Below, piece by piece: positions 1 to 10,500 of a stretch of 64,000 bases of DNA; within the stretch, counting starts at the first letter, position 1; every line of letters begins with the position of its first letter. The notes under the pieces are model-generated. The model had not been told where the DNA came from, searched no databases, and was given only the letters and a program-made list of their open reading frames with translations. This stretch comes from a virus: IMG/VR virus record IMGVR_UViG_3300025626_000004. One strand, 5' to 3'. The position numbers and the translations under genes were made by a program.

Positions 1-1938
1 GAAGGCGGAGTATTCACACGCGTGTCTGATACCAACATAGACTATGGTACAAGATACAATACAGCGGTTGCTCACCCAGATGGTGCATCGAGCCTATTCA
101 CTGATGGTGAAGGTAAAATGACTGGCACATTCTTTATTCCTAACACAGATGCTATTAAGTTCAGGGCTGGTTCAAGAGAGCTTAAACTTCTTGATATTAC
201 AGCGCCTAACGAAGAAGATGCGTCTTCTGTAGGTATTGCATTATTTGTTGCTCAAGGTGTTATCGAAACGTTCCAAAGAGATGTTCTTTCAACTCGAATT
301 CTTGGTGTATCTTCTGAAAGATCAACTGTAACATCTAATAGAGTTGTTACAAGTAGTTGGTCAGCCCCACCTGTGCGAGTTCGCTGGTCAGATCCAGTAG
401 CCGAATCATTCTTAGTAACAGAAACAGATGGTGTATTTGTAACAAAGATTGATGCATACTTTAAAACAAAAGATACTAGCATTCCAGTTCAAATGCAATT
501 GCGTCCAATGGTTAACGGTAGCCCATCATCTGATACAGTTATACCTGGATCGGTTGTGTTTGTGTCACCGTCTAATGTTAATATTTCTGACGATGCTACT
601 TCTGCAACAACCTTTACATTTGAAGAACCAATATTCTTAAATCCTTATACTGAATATGCTGTAGTGTTCCTTGCAGAATCTATTAACTACAATATGTACA
701 TCGCAAAAACAGGTGAGTTTATACTTAACTCTACTGAGAAGCGTATTACATCTCAACCATATCTTGGTTCGTTCTTTAAATCTCAGAATGCATCAACATG
801 GGAACCAGATCAAACTATGGATCTTATGTTTAAAATTCATAAGGCAACATTTAGTACTGCAGGTGGTTATGCTGTACTTGAAAATACTGGTACTGTAAGA
901 AATGCATTACCGGAATTTCCTGTACAAGTTAACTCAACTAATAATAAAGCAACTATTACACACCCAGGACATGGTTTCCAGGTAGGTGATGTTGCAGAGC
1001 TGTTTGGATTTGATTCCGCTCTTAAGTATGGTGGTATTCTTGGTACTGGTATCATGGGTCCAAGAACTATTACTGCATACGACGAAAACACTTATACGTT
1101 TGCTATGGACTCGAATGGTAATAACGATGCAGCAGTTGGCGGTACAGCTATTACTGCTAAATCTCAAATACCGTTTGAAACTCTTATCCCACAAATTGAA
1201 AATATTATTCCAGCCTCTACAAGTATAAATGTGACCGGTAAATTCATGACAGGCAAATCTACTGCCGGTGAAGAAACTCCGTACTCGAAGGATCTAAATT
1301 ACTCGGCACTTGCACTAAGACAAAATAACTTCTTTAACTCTCCTAGGCTTGTTGCTACTGAAACAAATGAGATATCAAATCTTGCGACTGGTACTAAGTC
1401 TGTTGAAGTTAAAATTGATATGAATACAGCAACAACTTTTGTTTCTCCGGTTATTGATATGCAAAGAACATCGCTTTGGGCTATTCATAACATTATTGAT
1501 AACCAGGTTGACTCTGCCGGTGCTGATACAACATTAACAAACGTGCCTAATGTGTTCACTCCAGAAACTACTGCGACAGGTGGTAGTTCGGTTGCTAAGC
1601 ATATTACTCGACCTATCACTTTGGCCGAAGATGCTGTTGGACTTAAAATCTTGTTAGCAGCTAACAGACCTTCTGTTTCAGATTTTCGAGTCTATTACAA
1701 AGCAATTTCAGATGATGCATTGTTTACTGAGACGCCGTGGACAGAAACAACTAAGATCAATAATCTACCTACAGATGAAAATCCTTTGATCTACCGTGAC
1801 TATGAATATTTGGTTGGTGGTAATGCCGGACTATCAGCACCATTCACTAAGTTCCAAGTAAAAATTGTTATGACTTCTTCTAATAATGCTAAGGTTCCGA
1901 CATTCAAAGATCTACGAATTATCGCCTTGGCAGTGTGA
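1..1938 (+). CDS. Large virion structural protein, C-terminal part (VrlC/DUF4815-like; 5' end outside window)
   Basis: Frame is open from the window edge; DPVAESFLV..GVFVTKIDAYFKTKD..PVQMQLRPMVNG.P and terminal F.KFQVKIVM.S.N.AKVP.FKDLRIIALA resemble the large tail-region protein of marine T4-like phages. Confidence 0.7.
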   Translation, partial: EGGVFTRVSDTNIDYGTRYNTAVAHPDGASSLFTDGEGKMTGTFFIPNTDAIKFRAGSRELKLLDITAPNEEDASSVGIALFVAQGVIETFQRDVLSTRILGVSSERSTVTSNRVVTSSWSAPPVRVRWSDPVAESFLVTETDGVFVTKIDAYFKTKDTSIPVQMQLRPMVNGSPSSDTVIPGSVVFVSPSNVNISDDATSATTFTFEEPIFLNPYTEYAVVFLAESINYNMYIAKTGEFILNSTEKRITSQPYLGSFFKSQNASTWEPDQTMDLMFKIHKATFSTAGGYAVLENTGTVRNALPEFPVQVNSTNNKATITHPGHGFQVGDVAELFGFDSALKYGGILGTGIMGPRTITAYDENTYTFAMDSNGNNDAAVGGTAITAKSQIPFETLIPQIENIIPASTSINVTGKFMTGKSTAGEETPYSKDLNYSALALRQNNFFNSPRLVATETNEISNLATGTKSVEVKIDMNTATTFVSPVIDMQRTSLWAIHNIIDNQVDSAGADTTLTNVPNVFTPETTATGGSSVAKHITRPITLAEDAVGLKILLAANRPSVSDFRVYYKAISDDALFTETPWTETTKINNLPTDENPLIYRDYEYLVGGNAGLSAPFTKFQVKIVMTSSNNAKVPTFKDLRIIALAV

Positions 1939-2165
1939 TGAATAATAGATATATAAAAATAGAAGGCTCCGCTAATATGGTCAAGGACCGAAATACTGGT
2001 GCTGTCATAAATACAAGTAGAGCTGATATAGAAAGAGCACGTGCGGCAAAGCGCAAAAGGCTTGAAGAAGAACAAGAGATTAATAATCTTAAAGATGACG
2101 TAAGTCACATGAAAAAAGACATGGCAGATATCAAGACTTTGCTAAAACAACTGGTGGACAAGTAA
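1935..2165 (+). CDS. Small conserved T4-like phage protein with coiled-coil C-terminus
   Basis: YIKIEG..NMVKD.NTGAVINT motif; overlaps upstream stop. Confidence 0.65.
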   Translation: MMNNRYIKIEGSANMVKDRNTGAVINTSRADIERARAAKRKRLEEEQEINNLKDDVSHMKKDMADIKTLLKQLVDK

Positions 2166-2528
2166 ATGGCAGTAACTACAATTGACCTAAACGACTTAGT
2201 TAGTATTTGGCGGACCAAGACTAATACAATTAGTACACATCTAGGTGACATCGCAACTCTTACTACTACAGCAAACGGAAATGTTGTTGTCGCCATTAAT
2301 GAATTAGAAGCTAACCACAATACTTTACAAACTGCATTTGATAATCGACAAGACGGTACAGATTCTGCGGCTGTTCAACAAATGATTGATACAAGCATTG
2401 CTACCATTAATGGTAATACACTTATTAATGGTACTGTGGGTGGAGCCAAGTTAACATCAGCCACAACTTTAAATATAATTGACTCAAACGGAACGACAGT
2501 TAAAACGATTATTGGCGCAGGTGCTTAA
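2166..2528 (+). CDS. Putative tail/fibre-associated structural protein
   Basis: N-terminal W+.KTN and LTTTA..NVVVAINEL motifs typical of phage fibre N-termini; abuts previous gene. Confidence 0.55.
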   Translation: MAVTTIDLNDLVSIWRTKTNTISTHLGDIATLTTTANGNVVVAINELEANHNTLQTAFDNRQDGTDSAAVQQMIDTSIATINGNTLINGTVGGAKLTSATTLNIIDSNGTTVKTIIGAGA

Positions 2529-2530
2529 TA

Positions 2531-3517
2531 ATGGCCTTGCGCAAACCGCTCAAAAGGTTACCTAACGGTGACCTGAAGTCTATGAATGCTGCTGAAATTG
2601 CTTTAATAGTTGATGAAACTATTAGGCAGTATGGTAATAGTCCGTCCGTCGTATTAAATATAGATCAGGGTAATGGCACTTTAACTACTTTAGTTGATTA
2701 TTATATGATAGCGGGTCCATTAGCGACGTCGTCTGGCCCAGAACCAACCGCTGATGCCGCAACTTACCAATCTGTTAACTACGATAATGTTAGAGATCAA
2801 AGCGCCGGTGATTATACTGATTATCTAAATAATAATTTTGGTGGTACTAATCCTAAACGTGCTCCTACAATATACGCAAATTATTCATTTCCAGTTTATA
2901 TGACTGCATCTGGAAATATTCAGGCTATGAACGCTACTGACTTTTTAGATACATTTATTGAACCAGCTATAACAAAACTTATTGAATCAGGAACAACTGA
3001 AAGGCAGGCTGGCACGTATTTTATATCAACCTCAACATCTGAAGCCGGAGCGACACTTGTAAATGCTGCTCCAGTATTTCAAGACAGTGTAGCTGATGTA
3101 AATGCGTTTAATCTTGGATCTTTACCCGAGGTACAGGATCAGTCATTTATTGCCACTAGTTTCTATTTACATAGAGTTGATCCCGCGCCTTCTGTGGATT
3201 ATGTTACGCCAGCATGTCTTAAGATTAATACCAATGACGTGCAAGATACGCCGGCTACAGCGCTTGGTGAAATGTTACAGGATTGGGTACAATGGGCCGC
3301 GATTAATCATACCGGTTCACGCATTCGATATCAGATATACCCATCGACATATACAACTTATGGCGTAGCCCGTGGATCAGGTATAACTAACTCATATGTT
3401 GCACTTTATGTGACAAAGTTTGAACAACCAGATGCTACAACTTACTATGCACAAAACGTGCCAACGGGTTCTCCGACTGTGCAAAGTACGCACTTTCTGC
3501 GTATTGGAGCCAGCTAA
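2531..3517 (+). CDS. Hypothetical virion structural protein
   Basis: 328 aa, T/S/A-rich, tightly packed in tail operon. Confidence 0.5.
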   Translation: MALRKPLKRLPNGDLKSMNAAEIALIVDETIRQYGNSPSVVLNIDQGNGTLTTLVDYYMIAGPLATSSGPEPTADAATYQSVNYDNVRDQSAGDYTDYLNNNFGGTNPKRAPTIYANYSFPVYMTASGNIQAMNATDFLDTFIEPAITKLIESGTTERQAGTYFISTSTSEAGATLVNAAPVFQDSVADVNAFNLGSLPEVQDQSFIATSFYLHRVDPAPSVDYVTPACLKINTNDVQDTPATALGEMLQDWVQWAAINHTGSRIRYQIYPSTYTTYGVARGSGITNSYVALYVTKFEQPDATTYYAQNVPTGSPTVQSTHFLRIGAS

Positions 3518-3535
3518 TATAATGAGAGGTTTATT

Positions 3536-4699
3536 ATGGCAAAGTTTTCAGGTAAAATCAAATCTACTAAATTTGTAGATACATCTGAGAAAACTATTGA
3601 AGTTCTTTATGAAGAGGGAACCGATAATCTTATGGTATTTTTTGTACCTATAGATTATACTAATCAAGACTTCTTAGATCTTATGGATGAGATCACTCTT
3701 GAAGATGTTCAAGACTACACAAGATTATATTTTGAATCTCAATCCCAAGCTAAACATAAAGCCATCGAACAAGCTGCAAAAGATATGCTTGCTGTGTGGC
3801 TCGTTGATATTCAGAAAGAAATTGACGAACAAGTAACTCGTCGGTTTGAAGAAGCTGATGAATATAAATCACAGCAAATGGCTTTACTTCAGAGCGAAAT
3901 GTCTGATGAGATAGAAAAACGGTTTGCCGAAGTTGATGAGTACAAAATAAAACAGACTAGAATTCTCCAAACTGAAGTCGATGCACAGGTTGAATCTCGT
4001 TTTGCTGAAGTCGATGAGTACAAACTAGAGCAGACTAAAAATCTTCAAACTGAACTTGATGAACAAGTAGAACGCCGTGTAGCTGAAGGATATATTAAAG
4101 TCGATGAGTACAAGGCAGAGCAGACTAGGATTCTTCAGGCTGAAGTTGATGCACAGATAGAATCTCGCTACGATGAAGTTGCTTTGTATAAAGAGCAACA
4201 GCTTAAAATACTTGAAGATGAAATCTCGTTACAAGTAGAATCTCGTTTTGGTGAAGTCGATGAATATAAGGAAGAGCAAATAAAGATTCTTCAGGCTGAG
4301 ATAGATGAACAGGTTAAAGTTAGATATGAAGAAGCAGATCAGTATAAAATAGAACAATTAAAAGTTCTTCAAAGTGAAATTGATCAGCAGGTTGTTGCTA
4401 GATATGATGAGGCAGATCAATATCGCGATAGCCAGATTACTCAAGTAAAAGCTGAAATGTATAAGAAATTTAATATGTCAGTACCTACAGTCAATCCGGT
4501 TACACCAAAAAACGTTGCAGATTTTATTATAAATAATTTCGAAGATGAAGATACTGTTTTTAAAACTAAGCTAGCTATTTTCGATTTGCCCGAAGTAAAA
4601 AATAGTCCGAGCCGTGAAATGAAAATGAAGGTACGAAAGGCAAAATCGATACCACAATTATTTGCAGCGTATAATGAAATACAACATAGTAACAGTTAA
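3536..4699 (+). CDS. Hypothetical protein with eight ~26-aa amphipathic helical repeats
   Basis: GAGG RBS; repeat consensus D.QVE.RF.EVDEYK.EQ.KILQ.EI. Confidence 0.7.
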   Translation: MAKFSGKIKSTKFVDTSEKTIEVLYEEGTDNLMVFFVPIDYTNQDFLDLMDEITLEDVQDYTRLYFESQSQAKHKAIEQAAKDMLAVWLVDIQKEIDEQVTRRFEEADEYKSQQMALLQSEMSDEIEKRFAEVDEYKIKQTRILQTEVDAQVESRFAEVDEYKLEQTKNLQTELDEQVERRVAEGYIKVDEYKAEQTRILQAEVDAQIESRYDEVALYKEQQLKILEDEISLQVESRFGEVDEYKEEQIKILQAEIDEQVKVRYEEADQYKIEQLKVLQSEIDQQVVARYDEADQYRDSQITQVKAEMYKKFNMSVPTVNPVTPKNVADFIINNFEDEDTVFKTKLAIFDLPEVKNSPSREMKMKVRKAKSIPQLFAAYNEIQHSNS

Positions 4700-5345
4700 A
4701 TTTGGCACAAAGTATTCTTCTAATTTTGTGAACAAATTATATAATGATATAAAGCTTAAATGCACAGATGCCTTTGAGTTCTATTGCTATACTGACGATC
4801 CTACAGATATAGATCCTAATATTACAATCATTAATAATTTTAGTTCCCCTACACTTAAAGGTGTATGGAATAAGCTTAGGCTATTTGATGAAGCTATGCC
4901 TATGCAAGGAAAAACGATATTCCTAGATCTCGATACATTAATTAATGATGATATTATAAATCGTTTGAATGGTGGGCATGATTGGTCAAAGTTGACTGTT
5001 ATCAATGAATTACATAAAGTTAAGAAGCTGTATGGCCGATTATCTAACTATGATGTTCATATCAACAGTTCTGTTATGACATGGGATGCCAGTAACCCTG
5101 ATATACATAATGTATGGAAACATTTTAACACTGGCTTACGTGATTATTATATGCGGAAGTATCCGGGTATGGATAGGTTTTTAGCACACGAAGATTTTGA
5201 GTTGGCTTATATAATACCCGGATATTCGGCGTCACGCTCACGGTTTGCTAAAAACGAAATTAGGCCAAGTTCTGCAGCTATTATAACATATGAAGGATTA
5301 GACATTGAATTCGAAGATCTTATATCGGACGCTCAAGCTTTGTGA
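4674..5345 (+). CDS. Putative glycosyltransferase (GT-A fold)
   Basis: VKFGTKYS..FVNKLY, FYCYTDDP, WNKL.LF, FLDLD (DxD) and NSSVMTW motifs of a common phage GT family. Confidence 0.7.
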   Translation: MKYNIVTVKFGTKYSSNFVNKLYNDIKLKCTDAFEFYCYTDDPTDIDPNITIINNFSSPTLKGVWNKLRLFDEAMPMQGKTIFLDLDTLINDDIINRLNGGHDWSKLTVINELHKVKKLYGRLSNYDVHINSSVMTWDASNPDIHNVWKHFNTGLRDYYMRKYPGMDRFLAHEDFELAYIIPGYSASRSRFAKNEIRPSSAAIITYEGLDIEFEDLISDAQAL

Positions 5346-5925
5346 AGAGATATATGATGAATCAATGTATGGCGTTGAAGATCTATATCGAATTAAAGAC
5401 TTATCACATGCGATAGATGAAAATCATTGGAATGGTAAAAAGTGGTTAGCAGAAAAACTCTATGAATTATATGACCATGATGCCGGTAAAATTTTGGTTG
5501 TCGGAGGTTGGTATGGTATGATGGCTTATCAGCTAAGGCAGATGTGGCCTCAATCACAGATGAACATTGAATCTACAGACATGGATCCAATGTGTGAGGC
5601 GTATGGACATAAACTATTTCATGATTATGACATAGCATTCTCTACCCTCAACATAACTGACTCTTTAATTATACCACAGTTTACTGCACTTGTAAACACC
5701 TCTTGTGAGCATATGGAGCAAAAAGATTTAATTAATTTAATTGAAGCTAAAGATCCTGATTGCTGGGTTGCATTTCAATCTAACAATTATACTGAATTAG
5801 ACTCGCATATTAACTGTCACCCTACTGCCGAGATGTTTGCTGATAGCTTAGATCTTGAATGGGTTGCACATGTTGAAACTTTAAACTTAGGGGACTTTGA
5901 TCGGTTCATGGTTATTGGAAAATGA
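5305..5925 (+). CDS. Class I SAM-dependent methyltransferase-like protein
   Basis: ILVVGGWYG motif I, S.DMDP, NTSCEHM, QSNNY, RFMVIG; TTG start uncertain. Confidence 0.65.
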   Translation: MNSKILYRTLKLCEEIYDESMYGVEDLYRIKDLSHAIDENHWNGKKWLAEKLYELYDHDAGKILVVGGWYGMMAYQLRQMWPQSQMNIESTDMDPMCEAYGHKLFHDYDIAFSTLNITDSLIIPQFTALVNTSCEHMEQKDLINLIEAKDPDCWVAFQSNNYTELDSHINCHPTAEMFADSLDLEWVAHVETLNLGDFDRFMVIGK

Positions 5926-6338
5926 ATATTAAAAAAACTGCATGGCTGGTGTTAGGATTTCTTAGTTTAGGAATGGCATATATTGGCGTCATTCTGCCTG
6001 GAATTCCATTTAGTATATTTCTAGTGTTAGCAGCATATTGTTTTAGTAAGTCTAGTAAACGTATGCATGATTGGATTTATAACCATAAATATTTTGGACC
6101 ATTCCTTACAAACTGGATACAATATAAAGTGTTTCCGACCAAAGGTAAATATGCAATGGTAGTTGTAATGACATCAAGCGTATTGTTTCTTTGGTTTACG
6201 ACCGAGAACATTAAAGCTGTTATGTGGTCTGGCGGATTCATGGCGCTCGTTGCAATATGGGCATGGCGTTATCCTGGTACGATAAATGAATATGACAGCC
6301 GAATTGAACAAGGTAAAAAGATTGCATGGCTAAAGTAG
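5922..6338 (+). CDS. ybaN: YbaN/DUF454 family inner-membrane protein
   Basis: LG...LG...IGVILPGIP...F.VLAAYCFSKSS.RMHDWI..HK.FGP.L.NW signature. Confidence 0.8.
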   Translation: MNIKKTAWLVLGFLSLGMAYIGVILPGIPFSIFLVLAAYCFSKSSKRMHDWIYNHKYFGPFLTNWIQYKVFPTKGKYAMVVVMTSSVLFLWFTTENIKAVMWSGGFMALVAIWAWRYPGTINEYDSRIEQGKKIAWLK

Positions 6339-7216
6339 TATTTAGTATTTTCATTGACATACCAGAAGAAAGATTAGATAATCCTGGATGGTATGAAGAT
6401 GGAAAACTAGTAACAACTGATAAAAGTCACCAGACTAAAATGTCTTTGCTGTCTAATGCTGATCTAGTTACAGAACGTCAGCGCCAGTACGCCAATGATA
6501 TTGGTGCTGACTATATACTATATCAATATGATAGTACATACAAAGAATTTTTTGATGACATAAAAAATAGGTTTACAGAGATCAGTGAGTATGATATAGT
6601 AAACTTCTATAAACACAGTCGTATGAGGGCTTTGGCCGATGAATATGATTACGTTGCATATATGGATTTTGACGTTGTACCTAATACAACGGAATCTATA
6701 TTTGATGCTCATGATGTAGATAATAGATTTGCTGTAGCAAATTCTAATAGATTAGCTGCAAGAGGTAAATCTATGAAATCTGCTAACTATAATCTGTGTA
6801 TTAGAAATCCGGCTTCAAAGTATTGGAACACACATGCTATGCTTTTTGAAGTGGGTTTAGAATGCGAAAATGATGTGTTTAATACTGGAATTATGGCCGG
6901 GTCAAGCGAAGTAATTAAGAGACTAGATTACTTCAGGGATTTTGATAATACCATTAATCTCATGACAAATATTAAACATGATGAGTTTTCAATATATCCA
7001 AAAAACATTCAGCGTATATTTAATTATGATAATGAAACGGTTTTTAGTTATTATATTAAGTCGCGTGATGTTAAGGTACAGTACATGGATAATCTTTGGC
7101 ACTACCTAGTTGATGAGTTGATAAGTCAACCAAATCAAATGAATCCTAAGGCTAAACTTTATCACTTCATCAATAAAAAAATGCAGTGGATAAAAGGTAT
7201 AAATAAGGGTAAGTAG
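6326..7216 (+). CDS. Putative glycosyltransferase (GT-A fold, DxD)
   Basis: YA..IGADY, YDYVAYMDFDVV, FNTGIM, DNETVFSY, HFINK motifs. Confidence 0.6.
   Translation: MAKVVFSIFIDIPEERLDNPGWYEDGKLVTTDKSHQTKMSLLSNADLVTERQRQYANDIGADYILYQYDSTYKEFFDDIKNRFTEISEYDIVNFYKHSRMRALADEYDYVAYMDFDVVPNTTESIFDAHDVDNRFAVANSNRLAARGKSMKSANYNLCIRNPASKYWNTHAMLFEVGLECENDVFNTGIMAGSSEVIKRLDYFRDFDNTINLMTNIKHDEFSIYPKNIQRIFNYDNETVFSYYIKSRDVKVQYMDNLWHYLVDELISQPNQMNPKAKLYHFINKKMQWIKGINKGK
7198..7205 (+). promoter_or_regulatory. T4-type late promoter
   Basis: TATAAATA about 35 nt upstream of a structural gene; gp55 is encoded in the window. Confidence 0.75.
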
Positions 7217-7238
7217 TTTAGCAAAGAGCATTTATCCA

Positions 7239-7583
7239 ATGGCACAATATGAAGAACTTCAAATCGATAAAGGCACTGATGTAACAGTTCAATTGGAATT
7301 GGAAGACACTAGTGGTAACCCGAAGAATCTTACGAACTACACTGTTGCGGGTAAAATTAAAAAAACCTACAGTTCAACAGATTCGACAGCATTTACGACT
7401 GAGATCCAAGCACCTTCAACAGCTGGTGTTGTAAATCTAAGCCTAACGAATGTGCAAACAAATGCTCTAAAAGCCAGTAGATACGTATACGATGTTGAGA
7501 TTTCTTTTGTAGACAGTGATTCAAACACTGTTGTAGAAAGAGTCCTTGAAGGCACAATTGAAGTTACGCCGTCCGTAACATAA
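7239..7583 (+). CDS. Small virion structural protein (baseplate/fibre adaptor-like)
   Basis: L.IDKGTD, NLTNYT, LSLT..QT.AL...RYVYDVEI, RVLEG.IEVTPSVT, as in marine T4-like phages. Confidence 0.7.
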   Translation: MAQYEELQIDKGTDVTVQLELEDTSGNPKNLTNYTVAGKIKKTYSSTDSTAFTTEIQAPSTAGVVNLSLTNVQTNALKASRYVYDVEISFVDSDSNTVVERVLEGTIEVTPSVT

Positions 7584-7598
7584 CTTTAAGGAATTCTC

Positions 7599-10500
7599 AT
7601 GAAGGTCGTTATCGGAACGAATACCATCGTAAAAAAAGTTACTGTCGGAACACCACTTAGAATTGGTTCTGCAGCAAACGGTAGTCTTACCGGATTAGAT
7701 GATGTTAATGGCTCAATAAATCTAGCTGACGGTACAATTCTTCAGTATGATTCGGCTTCTGCCAAATTTAATCACATATCATTATCTGCGGTTGTAGGTG
7801 GTGGACTTACTGTTTCTTCATCAGGCATGGGTTCAGTATCGGAGACTGGCGGAACACTAACATATGTTGGACCTAGCGTTGATAGCGTTCGATCACTATT
7901 TAATGTTACCTATGACAGTAGTGCTATTGGCACACTAATTACGACAGGTGGAACCACTAGACTAACAGGTCCTACACCTAATCAAATTCGTAGTCAATTT
8001 AGTGCCGGAAATGATTTACAATATAACGCTGCTACAGGTGAATTCTCTGTTACGGTCCCAAGCGGATCAGCTGGGTTTGACAGTAACTTCAACACGAAGT
8101 CTACAACAAATCTACCAGAAGGTTCTAACCTATATTATACTGACTCTCGTGGGCGAGCATCTATTTCTGTTAATGATGCAGGCGGATATGGCTCACTTGC
8201 GTATAATGCTCCGACAGGTATATTAACCTATACTGGCCCAAGTCTTGCTGATATAAGATCTGGAATTAATGTTGGTGCGAACTTAGCATACGATTCTGCT
8301 ACAGGTAAAATTACATTTACTGGTTCGTTAGGCGGAACATTCGATTCTGACAATGCGCGTAAGTCAATTAGTGTTGTTGATGCCGGTGGACAAGGTTCGC
8401 TTTCATACAACAATAACACAGGTCAAATATCATACCAAGGAGCGAGCGACTCTGATACGCGCGGGTTGATTAGTGCAACTGGTGATATTGCTTATAATCA
8501 AAACACAGGCATCATTAGTTTTACTGAAAAAACTGATGCACAAATACGAGGGTTGTTTAATGTCAGTGGGGACCTTGGTTACGATACTGGTACTGGTGTA
8601 TTTTCTGTTGATCTCGGATCGGTGGATGTAACTGATTCTGCAGTTACTCGAGCACTATTTTCTGTTACAAACGATGCCGGTGATTACGGGTCACTTGCTT
8701 ATAACGCCGCGTCTGGACAATTTGTATTTACAAAGGTTACTGACTCTGATATAAGAGGATCTTTATCTGCAGCCGGCGATTTGGCATACAATCAGACAAC
8801 AGGCCAATTCAGTTATTCTAAACGAACCGATGCCGACATTCGCAGTTTGTTATCTGCATCAGGCGACCTATCATATAATTCTGGTACTGGTCAATTCAGT
8901 ATTACAACAGGTGCACATTATCAAGACTCAGATGCACGGCATGCCATTAGCTTTAGACACACTGCAGACTCAATTGCTAATGTCAATGAATATGGAACAG
9001 TAACGTACAACCAAACAACCGGTGACGTCGTAATATACGGTACGCGTGATTCTGATATTCGTGGATCGATGAGTTTTGTTGATGCTGGTGGATTAGGTTC
9101 ACTTGCATACAATGAAAATGAAGGTCGAGTTACATATACAGGACCAAGCAATACTGATATCGCCGGAACATTATCGGCTACGACAGATCCTCTCTCAATG
9201 GGTAAACTTACTCTTGATTCTAGCAAAGGCCAGTTTACACTTAAGCTAGAAGATGATAGTGTTAGAGCTTTATTCAGCGTTGTTTCTGATCAACAAGGTG
9301 GAGCGGATCTAACATATGATTCTGCGACAGGTCAATTTGTATTCAGTGGTCCAAGCGATCTCGATCTTAGAAGCAAAATAAGCGTTATCGATGCTGGCGG
9401 TGACGGTTCCCTTACATACTTTGAATCGGGTGGTGTGTTTACATACACCGGTCCAAGTCCTGCCGAAGCACGTGCGCACTTTAGCGGCGGCCTTGGAGTA
9501 AATTATAACGAAGCAACCGGCACATTTAGACTTGACAGCTCTGCAAATATTGTAACTGGTAGCATTGTTACAGGTCAATTAACTTCGGGTATAGTTAATG
9601 CTAACGCCGAATTAAATGCCAATACAATAAACGCGCTGACGGACTCAAGTAATATTACTATTACTGGTAATGCTATTACTCTTAAAGGTACATCAGATCG
9701 CATCTTGCTCGACACTCAGTTTCTTCATACAACAGACAATAGAATTATTTTCGCGGTTGATGATAGTAATACTGCTAACTACCAAGGTGGTGGTTTTCAG
9801 ATTGGTGGCGGGTCAAATTCAAAATATTTTGCCTATAGCGTAGCTAATGATTTCTTTGCTACAAATACTGGTTTGTATATTCCGGGTGATATGTCTGGTA
9901 AGACAATTGACTCGTTAAACAAACGTATAGATGAGCTTCCTGACTCTGCGCAAATGAAAGGTATCCTTTCTGCTGGTCCTGGATTATCCTACGATAATAC
10001 TAACGGCATATATCGGATTATCTCCTCAGGCGTCACAGCAGCCACGTATGGCAACGCCACAAACGTATCTCAGCTTACTGTTGACTCTCTAGGCATTATA
10101 ACTGGTGCAGTTAATACTCCTATATCAGTTGTAACCGGAAATACTTTTGATTCTGTAACCGGTCAGTTAACTATTACGACTGCAACAGACAGTTTTAATT
10201 CTACCATAACGCTAGATCCATTTAGTACAACAAACTTGGCCGAAGGCAATAAACTATATTACACAAGAGCTAGGTTTGACTCGGCACTTGGAGATGCGGC
10301 TTCTACTGCTACTGTTAGATCATATATCAGTGCTGGACAAAGTTTAAACTACAATCCTACAACAGGCGTAGTTTCAACTAATCAGGCACTTGATTCAACC
10401 AGTAATGTTACTTTTAATAATATAGTACAGACCGGCACATTACAAGGACCTGCAGATTTTATTATTGATCCGGCTGCGCACGGCGATGCAACTGGTACGG

